From: a virus
Taxonomy: Duplodnaviria > Caudoviricetes
Virus record (IMG/VR): IMGVR_UViG_3300016649_000276
Coordinates: 1-36,973 of that record
Reading direction: 5' to 3' (one strand)
Length of the DNA stretch: 36,973 nucleotides
Made by a program: the position numbers and the translations under genes. This document shows positions 17,636 to 27,049 of the stretch, in pieces (within the stretch, counting starts at the first letter, position 1; the number at the start of each line of letters is the position of its first letter). A model generated the notes under the pieces. It worked only from the letters and a program-made list of their open reading frames with translations, did not search any database and was not told the origin of the DNA.

Positions 17636-18186
17636 TGGGTGACAAGCTTGAAATTAAATATGACGTCACCGATTTCAGTAAAAATCTCGGCGACTTCATT
17701 AAGAAACTGGAGAACCGCGAACCACTGATGCGTGAAATGGCGGCGGCGATGGGTGACGCAGTCGAAGAAAACTTCCGCAGTGAAGGCCGGCCCGCCTGGG
17801 CAGGCTGGAGTCAGCGCTATTGGTACAAGCGTCGCGGTGGGAAAATCCTGCAAAAGTCAGGCAGACTGGCTGCCAGCATCAACCAGTACAGCGACAACGA
17901 CAGTGCGACAGTCGGCACTAATGTAAAATATGCCCGCATCCATCAGGAAGGTGGCGAAATCACGCAGCCCGCGCGTAATCAGACAGTGCACTTCAGGCAG
18001 GATAAAAAAGGCAATGTCGGCAACAGGTTCGTGAAAAAATCCCGCTCCAACTTTACCCAGACTGTGGCGGTCGCCGCCTATAAAATCAAAATGCCGGCGC
18101 GGCCATTCCTGCATCTGACCGAGCAGGACGTCGAGGGTATGGAAGAGACCGTTGCGAGCTATTTCAAGCGCCTGATTGATGATTAA
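17635..18186 (+). CDS. Virion morphogenesis protein (Mu gpG-like), 183 aa
   Basis: 'ILQKSGRLAASI...VGTNVKYARIHQEGG...MPARPFL'. Confidence 0.9.
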   Translation: MGDKLEIKYDVTDFSKNLGDFIKKLENREPLMREMAAAMGDAVEENFRSEGRPAWAGWSQRYWYKRRGGKILQKSGRLAASINQYSDNDSATVGTNVKYARIHQEGGEITQPARNQTVHFRQDKKGNVGNRFVKKSRSNFTQTVAVAAYKIKMPARPFLHLTEQDVEGMEETVASYFKRLIDD

Positions 18187-18263
18187 CGAAAAACTCGCTG
18201 TATCGCATCCTAAGCGCCTCATCTGTAAAACCGTCACATACCTTCGCGTTACCCCCTTTACGC

Positions 18264-18288
18264 CGTTTTTAAACGGGGTTTAAAAACG
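18264..18288. repeat. 11-bp palindrome in the central G-I intergenic region
   Basis: CGTTTTTAAAC-GGG-GTTTAAAAACG, about 200 bp from the genome midpoint (~18487). Confidence 0.7.
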
Positions 18289-18359
18289 ATGAGATGCATT
18301 GCCAACTGCCCGCGCAGGAGGCACTCTATTCTTATCGAGTATCCCCCTCCTTTATATCG

Positions 18360-18413
18360 CCACTGAACCCTGTCATATAACTGCACAAAACTGGCCCTGA
18401 TAGTCTGAGGCCA
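18360..18413 (+). promoter_or_regulatory. Activator-dependent late promoter 2 (head/tail operon)
   Basis: CCACTGAACCCTGTCATATAACT (18360-18382), -10 TAGTCT (18401-18406), predicted +1 at the A of ATG 18413. Confidence 0.8.
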
Positions 18414-19528
18414 TGAAAACACTTATCGCCGCACTGGCTAACGAAATCTCCCGTGCAACCAAGGGAACCATCCAGCTCTTTCCGGCGGGTGAGTTTCGTG
18501 CGGTTGACGGACGCCCGACCGAATGCGCGAACTGGCTGATGAACGCCGATATCGCCGGTACGCTGATTGCGGCCGCTAACGCCAAGGTTACCCCTTACGT
18601 GCTCGACTATGAGCATCAGACCTTAAAGTCAGCGACCAACGGTCAGCCTGCACCGGCCTCCGGCTGGTTTAAAGACCTCGAATGGCGCGAAGGCGAAGGC
18701 CTGTTTGCGACCGTTGACTGGACGGCTGCGGCCGCCAGTTATATCGATGGCCTGGAGTATCGCTACATTTCCCCTGTTTTCAGCTACGACAAATCCGGTC
18801 GCGTGACGGGCATTCTGCACGCCGCGCTGACTAATACGCCGGCTCTGGACGATATGGATGCGGTGATGTTAGCCGCCGCCTCTCTCCTGGCCACTCCACC
18901 AATCCAAGAGGGTAATGCCGGAATGGATGAACTACTCGAACAACTTCGCTGGATGCTCAATCTCCCGCTGTCAGCCACCCAGGAAGACGTCATTGCCGAA
19001 CTGCAAAAGGTGATCGCGCGTCTTTCCAATGGCGAAGGTACCGCCGCTGCGTCCGTTAATCTCCTGAACATTCTGGAGAGTAACGAAACGCAGGTTTCTA
19101 CGCTGTCCAACCAGATTGCTGCGCTGACCGCTCAGGCGCAGACGCCTGACCCGACCAAATTTGTCTCGGTTGAAGTCATGCTGGCCTCTGTGGCCGAAGC
19201 CCGCACGCAGGCTGCGGCGCTGAGTCTGCAGGACTGCAGCGGGCTTATTACCGCTGCACTCAGTGACGGTCGTCTGCTGACCGCGCAAAAAGCCTGGGCG
19301 GAAGAACTGGGTAAAAAAGACCCGGCCAGCCTGAAAAGCTTCCTGGAAAAAGCGCAACCGATCGCCGCCCTGACTCAAAGTCAGACCGGTGGCAAACCAC
19401 CGAGCGGCGCACCGGCGCGTGATCCGGCATCGTCAGATGACGGTGAACTTGATCTGGCTGTCTGCAGCCTGCTCGGCACTGACCCGAAAGTCGTGGCGCA
19501 GTTTATTAAGGAGAACGGCCATGAGTGA
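18413..19528 (+). CDS. Prohead protease/scaffold (Mu gpI-like)
   Basis: 'IQLFPAGEFRAVDGRP', 'LDYEHQT', 'APASGW', 'YRYISPVF', 'AALTNTPAL'. Confidence 0.93.
   Translation: MKTLIAALANEISRATKGTIQLFPAGEFRAVDGRPTECANWLMNADIAGTLIAAANAKVTPYVLDYEHQTLKSATNGQPAPASGWFKDLEWREGEGLFATVDWTAAAASYIDGLEYRYISPVFSYDKSGRVTGILHAALTNTPALDDMDAVMLAAASLLATPPIQEGNAGMDELLEQLRWMLNLPLSATQEDVIAELQKVIARLSNGEGTAAASVNLLNILESNETQVSTLSNQIAALTAQAQTPDPTKFVSVEVMLASVAEARTQAAALSLQDCSGLITAALSDGRLLTAQKAWAEELGKKDPASLKSFLEKAQPIAALTQSQTGGKPPSGAPARDPASSDDGELDLAVCSLLGTDPKVVAQFIKENGHE
18923..19528 (+). CDS. Putative in-frame internal scaffold protein (Mu gpZ-like), 201 aa
   Basis: GAGGGT RBS 9 nt before an in-frame ATG (MDELLEQL...) right after the protease domain; Mu I/Z precedent. 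Confidence 0.55.
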   Translation: MDELLEQLRWMLNLPLSATQEDVIAELQKVIARLSNGEGTAAASVNLLNILESNETQVSTLSNQIAALTAQAQTPDPTKFVSVEVMLASVAEARTQAAALSLQDCSGLITAALSDGRLLTAQKAWAEELGKKDPASLKSFLEKAQPIAALTQSQTGGKPPSGAPARDPASSDDGELDLAVCSLLGTDPKVVAQFIKENGHE

Positions 19529-19916
19529 CCGTAACACCATGCACAAAGACGGCGAACTGTTCCCGGTTCCTGTCGCGGCCGCGACCGAGATTTTCGGCGG
19601 TCACATGATTTGCGCCAACGCAGCCGGGTTTGCAGTACCCGGTGTAGCCACAGCAGGGTTTACCGTGCTGGGGGTTTGCGACGGCTATGTGGATAACACG
19701 GGCGGCGCGGCGGGTGACACCGTGGTACTGGTACGTCGCCGCAAGTCCTGGAACTTTGCCAACCTGGGCGCGGATGCGGTGACGCAGGCGCAGATTGGTA
19801 AAACCTGTTACCTGGCAGACAGCCAGACCGTGGCCAAAACCAGCAACACCGATGTTCGACCGGTCGCCGGTATCGTGCTGGGTGTTGATGCCGATGGCGT
19901 CTGGGTTCTGATTTAA
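19521..19916 (+). CDS. Probable head decoration/cement protein, 131 aa
   Basis: AAGGAG RBS; Ala/Gly/Val-rich beta protein ending 'GVWVLI'; between protease and major capsid. Confidence 0.75.
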   Translation: MSDRNTMHKDGELFPVPVAAATEIFGGHMICANAAGFAVPGVATAGFTVLGVCDGYVDNTGGAAGDTVVLVRRRKSWNFANLGADAVTQAQIGKTCYLADSQTVAKTSNTDVRPVAGIVLGVDADGVWVLI

Positions 19917-19927
19917 GGAGAGTCACC

Positions 19928-20836
19928 GTGTTAGTAAACCAAAAGAACGTTAAGAGCATTTTCATCAACCTGAAAGCCACCTTTCAGGGGGCTTTCGCCC
20001 AGGCACCGACCGACTGGACGAAGGTCGCCATGCTGGTTACCTCCACCAGTAAAGAAAACGACTACGCCTGGCTGAGTCGTTTCCCGAAAATGCGCGAATG
20101 GATTGGTGACAAGGCCGTCAAATCCCTGGCCGCATTCGGTTACACCATTAAAAACAAGGACTGGGAAGCCACCATCGAAGTTGATCGTAACGATATCGAA
20201 GACGATCAGCTGCTGGGGTATGCCCAGCAGGCGCAGGCCGCAGGTCAGTCAGCGTCTGAGTTGCCCGCTGACATTGTCTTTGCGTTGCTCAGCGGCGGGT
20301 TTAACAACCCGTGTTACGACGGCCAGATGTTCTTTGACGTTGACCATCCGGTTAAAGGGGCATCGGTCTCCAACAAAGGCACCAAAAAGCTGTCAGCGGA
20401 TTCTTATGCTGCAGCAAAAGCCAGTTACGGTGCCGCCCGTACCTCAATGCGTCAGATGAAGGATGATGAAGGCGCATCGTTGAAAATTCTGCCAGGGATT
20501 TTAGTCGTCCCGCCGGCGCTGGAAGATACCGCCAATTACCTGATGACGGCTGACCGTTTCCCGGACAACACGCCGAACCCGTACAAAGGCACGGCGGAAG
20601 TGCTGGTGGTCGCGGAACTGACCTCAGACACCGCCTGGTTCCTGCTCGATACCTCCAAGGTCATGAAACCGCTGATTTACCAGGAACGTAAAAAGGCCGA
20701 GTTCGTGGAGCAGACGGACTACAACAACGACAACGTCTTTATGCGTAAGAAGTTCCGGTTTGGTGCAGAAGCCCGCGCCAACGGCGGATACGGCTTCTGG
20801 CAGATGGCGTATGGCTCAACCGGGGAGGTCGCATAA
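19928..20836 (+). CDS. Major capsid protein (Mu gpT family)
   Basis: 'YAWLSRFPKMREWIGD', 'VDRNDIEDDQL', 'CYDGQMFFDVDHP', 'GYGFWQMAYGS'. Confidence 0.95.
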   Translation: MLVNQKNVKSIFINLKATFQGAFAQAPTDWTKVAMLVTSTSKENDYAWLSRFPKMREWIGDKAVKSLAAFGYTIKNKDWEATIEVDRNDIEDDQLLGYAQQAQAAGQSASELPADIVFALLSGGFNNPCYDGQMFFDVDHPVKGASVSNKGTKKLSADSYAAAKASYGAARTSMRQMKDDEGASLKILPGILVVPPALEDTANYLMTADRFPDNTPNPYKGTAEVLVVAELTSDTAWFLLDTSKVMKPLIYQERKKAEFVEQTDYNNDNVFMRKKFRFGAEARANGGYGFWQMAYGSTGEVA

Positions 20837-21255
20837 TGCCGATTCAAATCACCGCGAAGCGGGACGGATTCCGCCGCTGTGGCATGGCCCACAGCGATAA
20901 AACCCAGACCTACGCTGACGATCATTTCTCCGCCGCACAGCTGAAGGTGCTGGAAGCGGAAGATCAGCTGGTGGTTGTGCGCATCTCAGACGAGCGGCTG
21001 GTTTCCGGCAGTTCAGGCACTGACCTGCAGGCGGCGTTGGCTGAGATTGCGACGTTAACATCCAGCCTCAACAGCAAAACGTCCGACCTTACCACCGCGC
21101 AGTCGCTAATTGAGAAGCTCAACGGCGATCTGAGCCAGGCAAACACTGACCTGACGGCGAAACAGGAAACGATCACAGCTCAAGCGGCTGAGATTGAAAC
21201 CCTGAAAGCCCAGGTGGCCAGCCTGACACCGGTTGAAGATAAAGCGAAGAAATAA
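20836..21255 (+). CDS. HI1506/Mu gp35-like protein with C-terminal coiled coil
   Basis: 'ITAKRDGFRRCGMAHS...FSAAQLKVLEAEDQLVV'. Confidence 0.8.
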   Translation: MPIQITAKRDGFRRCGMAHSDKTQTYADDHFSAAQLKVLEAEDQLVVVRISDERLVSGSSGTDLQAALAEIATLTSSLNSKTSDLTTAQSLIEKLNGDLSQANTDLTAKQETITAQAAEIETLKAQVASLTPVEDKAKK

Positions 21256-21267
21256 GGATAGCGGCTT

Positions 21268-21696
21268 ATGTATGCCACGCGTGATGACATGGTAACGGCT
21301 TTTGGTGAGCGGGAATGCGTTTCCCTTACCGACAGGGAGTTTACCGGCGCTATCGATGATGCCGTAATGCTCAGCTTTTTAGAGCAAGCCTCAGCTGAAA
21401 TCGATAGCTACCTGGTCAGCCGCTACCCCACGCCGTGGCCCGATACGCCGCGCCTGCTGGTCGGTCGCTGTTGCGCCATTGCCCGCTACCTGATGTGCGG
21501 TGCACAGACGCAGGTCACGGAGGAAATCCGCGACCGTTACCGCGATGCTATTCGCTATCTCGAACAGGTGGCCAAAGGTACGGTTTCCCTGGGCAGGTTG
21601 CCAAATGGTGACGTGGTACCTTCCGGGACACGGGTGAAGTTCTCTTCTAACGGCCGTGCATTTGGTCGTGATTCAACGGATGGAGGTGCCTTTTGA
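21268..21696 (+). CDS. Head-tail adaptor (Mu gp36/DUF1320)
   Basis: 'MYATRDDM...ASAEIDSYL..RY...CCAIARY.L...RYRDAIRYLEQVAKG'. Confidence 0.9.
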   Translation: MYATRDDMVTAFGERECVSLTDREFTGAIDDAVMLSFLEQASAEIDSYLVSRYPTPWPDTPRLLVGRCCAIARYLMCGAQTQVTEEIRDRYRDAIRYLEQVAKGTVSLGRLPNGDVVPSGTRVKFSSNGRAFGRDSTDGGAF

Positions 21697-22334
21697 TCAT
21701 CCAGACTGAGCGTGCTATCTGCGAGCGTTTGCGTCAGGGACTGGGCAGGATGTCCAGCGCCGTGCGTTCCTACGGCGGCGAGCTTGACGGCGATATACAG
21801 GAAATCGCCAGGCAGTTACCTGCGGTCTGGGTGACCTTTGGGGGCATTCAGAAAACCGAAAACGCCAACGTGGGCAAGCGTAAGTATAAGACGCACGGGC
21901 GTTTTGTGGTGATTGTCGGCGAGCGCAACGTGCGCAGTGAAGAGGCTTCGCGTCAGGGCGGGCCGAACCTGAACGAAGTGGGCACCTATAAGCTGATTGC
22001 GGCCGTCCGTCGTCTGCTATCGGGTCAGGACATGTCGCTGCCCATCGAGCATCTTATTCCGGGGCGGGTACGCACGCTCTTTAATACGCCGCTTGAGCAT
22101 CAGGCGTTGTCCGTTTTTTCATGCGAATTTGATACCGCATGGATTGAAGAAGCGCTGGAGAATGGCGCATTTCCGCTGGCCGGTGCACCGGCGGATTCGG
22201 TAGACAGCATCTTTACCGGTTACCAGGGCGCGGTCAGTCAGCCTGACCCGGACTGGCTGACCACCCGCCTTGATTACCATATTCCGGGAAGCCATGCGCT
22301 GTCGGATGGAGAGGACATCATTTCTCATGACTGA
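21693..22334 (+). CDS. Tail terminator/completion protein (Mu gp37/DUF1834)
   Basis: 'VRSYGGELD...LPAVWVTFGG'; synteny; TTG start. Confidence 0.85.
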   Translation: MIIQTERAICERLRQGLGRMSSAVRSYGGELDGDIQEIARQLPAVWVTFGGIQKTENANVGKRKYKTHGRFVVIVGERNVRSEEASRQGGPNLNEVGTYKLIAAVRRLLSGQDMSLPIEHLIPGRVRTLFNTPLEHQALSVFSCEFDTAWIEEALENGAFPLAGAPADSVDSIFTGYQGAVSQPDPDWLTTRLDYHIPGSHALSDGEDIISHD

Positions 22335-22584
22335 TTTAACCGTCAAAGCCGCCGCCGGCGTTCGCGTGCCCCAGGAAGATAACGCCCGGCGTTATATCAC
22401 CGATGCGGAGTCTGCCACTGTGCCGGACACCGCCTATTACCGTCGCCGTGTGCGTGACGGCGATTTGATCCTGGTGACGCCTGACTCATCTGCACCGGTA
22501 AAAGCGCCGGTGACCGTGCAGGCTGATACCAGCCTGAACAATACCAAATCCGTTTCGAAAGAGGTGACCGATGGCCAGTCCTAA
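22327..22584 (+). CDS. Mu gp38/DUF2635-like protein, 85 aa
   Basis: 'VKAAAGVRVPQED...VPDTAYYRRRVRDGDL'. Confidence 0.85.
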   Translation: MTDLTVKAAAGVRVPQEDNARRYITDAESATVPDTAYYRRRVRDGDLILVTPDSSAPVKAPVTVQADTSLNNTKSVSKEVTDGQS

Positions 22585-23995
22585 CGTCTCGTTTAACACT
22601 ATCGGTTCAGGTATCCGCAAGCCTGGGAAATATTTCGAATTTAACACGGCCCTGGCTGTGCGCACGCTGCCGGGCAACACCCAAAAAATGCTGATTATCG
22701 GGCAGATGCTGGCAACGGGCACGGCGGCACCGCTGGCCGCCGTGGATGTGTTTTCCGGTGACCAGGCTGCACTTTATTTCGGTGCGGGTTCGCTGGCCCA
22801 CCTGATGACTCTGGCCGCCATCAAAAGCAACAGTTATCTGTCGCTGCAGGTCATTGGCGTCAGCGATGCAGCCGCCGGGGGCGTTGCCGCCAGTGGCACG
22901 CTGACCCTGACGGGGCCTGCAACATCAACCGGTGTCGTCTCATTATGGATTGGCAACACGCGTCTCGATGTGACGGCCACTGGAGGCGATACCGCCACGG
23001 TCACGGCCGCAGCACTGGTTACGCTGATTGGCCAGACGCCGGCATTGCCGGTTACGGCGTCAGCTGCAGCCGGTGTGATCACCCTGACAGCGAAGCACAA
23101 AGGCACGGTTGGTAACGATATCCGCCTGCGTGCGCAGTCCACGACGACCGGTACCACCGTCGCGGTAGTGGCGATGGCCAACGGTGCCACCGACCCGGAT
23201 ATCGCCCCGGCGCTGGCGGCTGTCTTCGCGGCCGGTCATGACATTGTGGTGTGCCCGTTCTCCACGCAGACCGCGCTTACTGCCCTGCGTACACACATCA
23301 AATCGGTCAGTGGGCCGCTTGAACAACGCAGTGCTATCGGTGTCGGCGGCTGGGCGAAATCTCTGGCGACTGGCACCACGCTGGCGGGTCAGATTAATGA
23401 CGGTGCGATCACCCTCGGCTGGCATAACGGTTCAGTCATGCTACCAGGCGAAATCGCCGCCTCTTATGCGGCAGTGATTGCCAGTGAAGAAGACCCGGCT
23501 CGCCCGCTTAACACCCTGGCACTGGCATCGCTCGATGTGACCGCGCTTGCTGACCGTCCGGGGCGTAACGAGCAGGAGAACGCTCTTTATAACGGCCTGA
23601 CGCCGTTTGAAATTGGCCCTGGTGATGTGGTGCAGATTGTCCGTGCCATTACCACTTATACCGTGGATGCCCAGGGCATTGATGATGTGGCATTGCTTGA
23701 CCTGACCACCATCCGCACCCTCTATTACGTGCGCAAAGCCTGTCGTGAGCGTATCGCCCTGCGATTCCCGCGCGACAAGCTCAGCACTCGAACCGGGCCT
23801 AAAGTGCGCAGCGAACTGCTGGACGTCCTTTATAAGCTCGAAGAGCTGGAGATTGTGGAGGAAGTTGACGCCAATAAAGACGCATTGATTGTTGAGCGTG
23901 ACTCTCAGGACACCAACCGTCTGGACGCGGCCATTCCGTGTGATGTGGTGAACGGTCTGCATGTGTTTGCCGGCCGCATCGACCTGCTGCTGTAA
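22571..23995 (+). CDS. Tail sheath protein (Mu gpL)
   Basis: 'IRKPGKYFEFN', 'DPARPLNTL', 'EQENALYNGLTP', 'DVVNGLHVFAGRIDL'. Confidence 0.95.
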   Translation: MASPNVSFNTIGSGIRKPGKYFEFNTALAVRTLPGNTQKMLIIGQMLATGTAAPLAAVDVFSGDQAALYFGAGSLAHLMTLAAIKSNSYLSLQVIGVSDAAAGGVAASGTLTLTGPATSTGVVSLWIGNTRLDVTATGGDTATVTAAALVTLIGQTPALPVTASAAAGVITLTAKHKGTVGNDIRLRAQSTTTGTTVAVVAMANGATDPDIAPALAAVFAAGHDIVVCPFSTQTALTALRTHIKSVSGPLEQRSAIGVGGWAKSLATGTTLAGQINDGAITLGWHNGSVMLPGEIAASYAAVIASEEDPARPLNTLALASLDVTALADRPGRNEQENALYNGLTPFEIGPGDVVQIVRAITTYTVDAQGIDDVALLDLTTIRTLYYVRKACRERIALRFPRDKLSTRTGPKVRSELLDVLYKLEELEIVEEVDANKDALIVERDSQDTNRLDAAIPCDVVNGLHVFAGRIDLLL

Positions 23996-24007
23996 GGAGC
24001 CTTAAAC

Positions 24008-24385
24008 ATGGCATTAGAAGAATACGTTGGCTCGATCATCCTGGAGATGGACGGGCAGGAAATTGAGGTTACCGACCTCAAGGAAGACAACACCACCGGC
24101 CGCAAACTGGTCAAGACGATGAACAAAACCGGCCGTGCCAAAGGCTTTGCACGCGGCATTGCTGAATATCAACTGACCATTTCCGTCGTTGTGCCATTAA
24201 CGGGCGACCTTGACTGGGGGGCTATGGAAGGGTCGAAAATCACGCAGTATCCACTAAGCGGCAGCGGGGGTAAGCGCGTGTCTTACCTGGATTGTTTCAG
24301 TACCCAGGTCGGGGCCACTTATACCGTGGACAATGAAGCCAAACGCGACATTACGGTCAGCGCATTGCGCAGGGTGGAAGAATGA
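24008..24385 (+). CDS. Tail tube protein
   Basis: 125-aa beta-rich protein between sheath and chaperone; AAGGAG RBS. Confidence 0.85.
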   Translation: MALEEYVGSIILEMDGQEIEVTDLKEDNTTGRKLVKTMNKTGRAKGFARGIAEYQLTISVVVPLTGDLDWGAMEGSKITQYPLSGSGGKRVSYLDCFSTQVGATYTVDNEAKRDITVSALRRVEE

Positions 24386-24756
24386 TGACGGACAGCGGCA
24401 CACTGCTGCACGGCGTGGAAGCGAACGATAAGATGCATTTTGATTTCACCGTTCGCCTGCCGGTCATTCGTGACACGATAGAAGCGCTTGAGCTCACGGC
24501 TGAAAACAAAGGCACTACGGACGGGGCCGCAGCGAACTTCTTCTATCGCGTCGCCATTATTGCCCTGGTACTGACGTCTCTGGGTAACCTGCCCAAAGAA
24601 GCCATTACGGCTGATCTACTTCTCGACCAGATGACGGACGATGACTTTGATCTCATCGATGCGCAGATTTCCGCTCTTAAAAAAAAGCGGATGGATTTGA
24701 GGCCGAAATCGCCGGATACCGCCTCACCGTCCTCGCCCTCGGAAAGTACGGCATAA
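24382..24756 (+). CDS. Tail assembly chaperone (gpG-like short form)
   Basis: Between tube and tape measure; contains an in-frame A AAA AAG slippery site. Confidence 0.85.
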   Translation: MMTDSGTLLHGVEANDKMHFDFTVRLPVIRDTIEALELTAENKGTTDGAAANFFYRVAIIALVLTSLGNLPKEAITADLLLDQMTDDDFDLIDAQISALKKKRMDLRPKSPDTASPSSPSESTA

Positions 24757-24911
24757 CCGAGCAACAAATCGGCGCGATGACCCGCGCCGAGCTTGACGGC
24801 TATATCAACGCGCTCGCCCGGCTGCATGGCAAAAAAACGCCAGCGGCCGGCGCGAGTCATTCTACCCGCAGCGTCAAATCCCGCCGCCAGAAGCCTAACC
24901 GGAGGAAATAA
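24382..24911 (+). CDS. Tail assembly chaperone, -1 frameshift product (gpGT-like, ~176 aa)
   Basis: Slip at 24681-24687. The -1 frame is open for 74 codons (ADGFEAEIAGYRLTVLALGKYGITEQQIGAMTRAELDGYINAL...) and ends at TAA 24909-24911, overlapping the tape measure ATG. Confidence 0.85.
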
Positions 24912-27049
24912 TGGCCCGTAATCTGGAACTGGCGCTCACCCTTGCCGCCAAAGATACCGCCTCCAAAGTCCTGAAAAAGGCGATGCAGGACACTATTGCC
25001 CAGACCAAGGCCGTTGAGAAAGCGGACGACCAGCTGGGCAAATCACAAAAGCAAAACAGCGATAGCGCGATTCAGGCATCCAAAGCCCTGCGTTCAGAAT
25101 ACCAACGCTCTGCCAGTGCGCGTTCTACGCTGGGCATCCGTGCTGAGCGCGATATCCAGCGTGAAATTCAGCTGACCCAGGCAGCATACAATCGCCTGAC
25201 CCGCGCCGGTGTCATGTCAGCGAACGAGCAATCCCGAGCCTTCGAAGCCATGACCAGCCGCGTCAGCCGTCTACGTGGCGAACTCAACAGCGCCGGTCAG
25301 TCCATGTCACGTTTAGAACGAGCCAAAGGCTGGGGCTCCAATGCAATGGCTATCGCAGGTGGGGTTACGGCTGCCAGCATGGTCATCAAAGACCCGGTAC
25401 AGCGTCAGATGGCCTGGACACAGGGAAATGCTGGGATGGTTAATACAGGGTTTAACGAACTCACTCCTGACCAGCGCATTGCAAAAATGCCGGAAATTAA
25501 TAACGCTATTCAGAAGTCAGTGCGTGAAGGGGGCGGTACACCCGAGCAGGCCCAGGATGCCCTCGGTAGTATATTGTCGGCAGGTCTGGTAGATGCGGAC
25601 ACGGCCATGAAAATGCTGCCATCCATCATGAAATACTCCACTGCCTCCGGCGCAGATCCAAAAGTGTTGGCCGAGCTAGGCACGGCGGCTATGGCAAACT
25701 TTGGTATCAGCATTAAAGACCTGCCTGAGTTCTTCGATAAATCTATCCGTTCAGGAGAAAACGGCAGTTTCGAATTACCGGATATGGCCGGAAAAATGCC
25801 TACGATAATGGCATCCGCAAGAAAAAACGGCATGTCAGGTATGAAAGATTATGAACTCTTGCTGGCCATGTTGCAGGCTAACAAACTGACCACCGGCGAC
25901 AGTTCTCAAGCAGCAACCAACGTCGATAATTTGCTGAATAAATATACCAGCGCCGATACACAAAACGCGTTGAAAAATTATAAATTCAGAGGCGCTAACG
26001 GTAAGGCACTGGCTTACCCTGATTATATTGCAGAAGAGCGTGTTAAAGGTGTCTCAGCCCCAGAAGCATTTTTAAAAGGGGTTAATGCCATTGTGTCATC
26101 TGACCCCCGTGTTAAAAAATTGCGTGCGCAAGTTAATAAATATCAGGGAACCGATAAAGAGAACGATTATAAGGCAGCATTAGGTCTGATAATTGCTTCC
26201 ATTACGTCAAAAATAATAGCTGATGCTCAGGCTGGCGCTGCTTTAAATACCAATATTCAGCAAAGCGATTTTATTAAGAAGCAACAGCAAGGCACGGCAA
26301 ATGCGACAGGCGCTGGCGAGGCTTCATATAAAGTTATTGCCTCAACGCCAGGATTTAAGTCAGAACAATTAGAGTCAGAGAAGTTTTTCGCCAGCTTGAA
26401 TGCTATGGAACCCTTATCCAATATCTATGGCGATTTAGCGACAAAGTTAACTGATTACGCCAAGGAATATCCAGGCCTGACAACTTCAGTCTCTGGTGCG
26501 ACAACAGGTATTAAAGCTATGGGTGCTGCAGCTGCTGCATTCGCTGGTTTAAAATTCCTATCTGGTGGTTTCAGTAAAGCTACGCCAGAGGTTCCTGCAG
26601 GTGGCATTAAGGTTCCAGGCACGCTGGGTCGGATGTTAGGTGGATTTGGCCGTATTGCCGGAAGAGTTGCGGCACCTTTAGCCTTGTATCAGGCTAGTCA
26701 GGATGCCCCTCTCGTTCAGGTTGAGCGTGGTGACAAAGAGGCAAGGAATCGTTTAAAGGTGGGCAATTACCCGGACGGACTCAGCCGTCAGATTGATGGC
26801 ATTAAAGCTCAGCCAGGGTTATTGGATGTCTTGGATGAGTTACAAAGCTGGTGGAGCAAACCAAGCACGATCGGCGCGGGTTCAAATGGCTCTGGCTTAC
26901 CTTCTTATCTGCAAGCACCTACGCAACAGGCCCCGTTCCTGCCAATACAGATACATAACACCTTGACGCTAGACGGTAAGGTTGTCGCGGAGTCTACCAA
27001 CGAAGTCAACGCAAGCCAGGCTAATCGCGGCTCTACAGGAGGTTATTAA
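24911..27049 (+). CDS. Tail tape measure protein
   Basis: 712 aa, Ala/Gly-rich and helical; 'MARNLELALTLAAKD', 'GENGSFELPDMA'; position. Confidence 0.92.
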   Translation: MARNLELALTLAAKDTASKVLKKAMQDTIAQTKAVEKADDQLGKSQKQNSDSAIQASKALRSEYQRSASARSTLGIRAERDIQREIQLTQAAYNRLTRAGVMSANEQSRAFEAMTSRVSRLRGELNSAGQSMSRLERAKGWGSNAMAIAGGVTAASMVIKDPVQRQMAWTQGNAGMVNTGFNELTPDQRIAKMPEINNAIQKSVREGGGTPEQAQDALGSILSAGLVDADTAMKMLPSIMKYSTASGADPKVLAELGTAAMANFGISIKDLPEFFDKSIRSGENGSFELPDMAGKMPTIMASARKNGMSGMKDYELLLAMLQANKLTTGDSSQAATNVDNLLNKYTSADTQNALKNYKFRGANGKALAYPDYIAEERVKGVSAPEAFLKGVNAIVSSDPRVKKLRAQVNKYQGTDKENDYKAALGLIIASITSKIIADAQAGAALNTNIQQSDFIKKQQQGTANATGAGEASYKVIASTPGFKSEQLESEKFFASLNAMEPLSNIYGDLATKLTDYAKEYPGLTTSVSGATTGIKAMGAAAAAFAGLKFLSGGFSKATPEVPAGGIKVPGTLGRMLGGFGRIAGRVAAPLALYQASQDAPLVQVERGDKEARNRLKVGNYPDGLSRQIDGIKAQPGLLDVLDELQSWWSKPSTIGAGSNGSGLPSYLQAPTQQAPFLPIQIHNTLTLDGKVVAESTNEVNASQANRGSTGGY

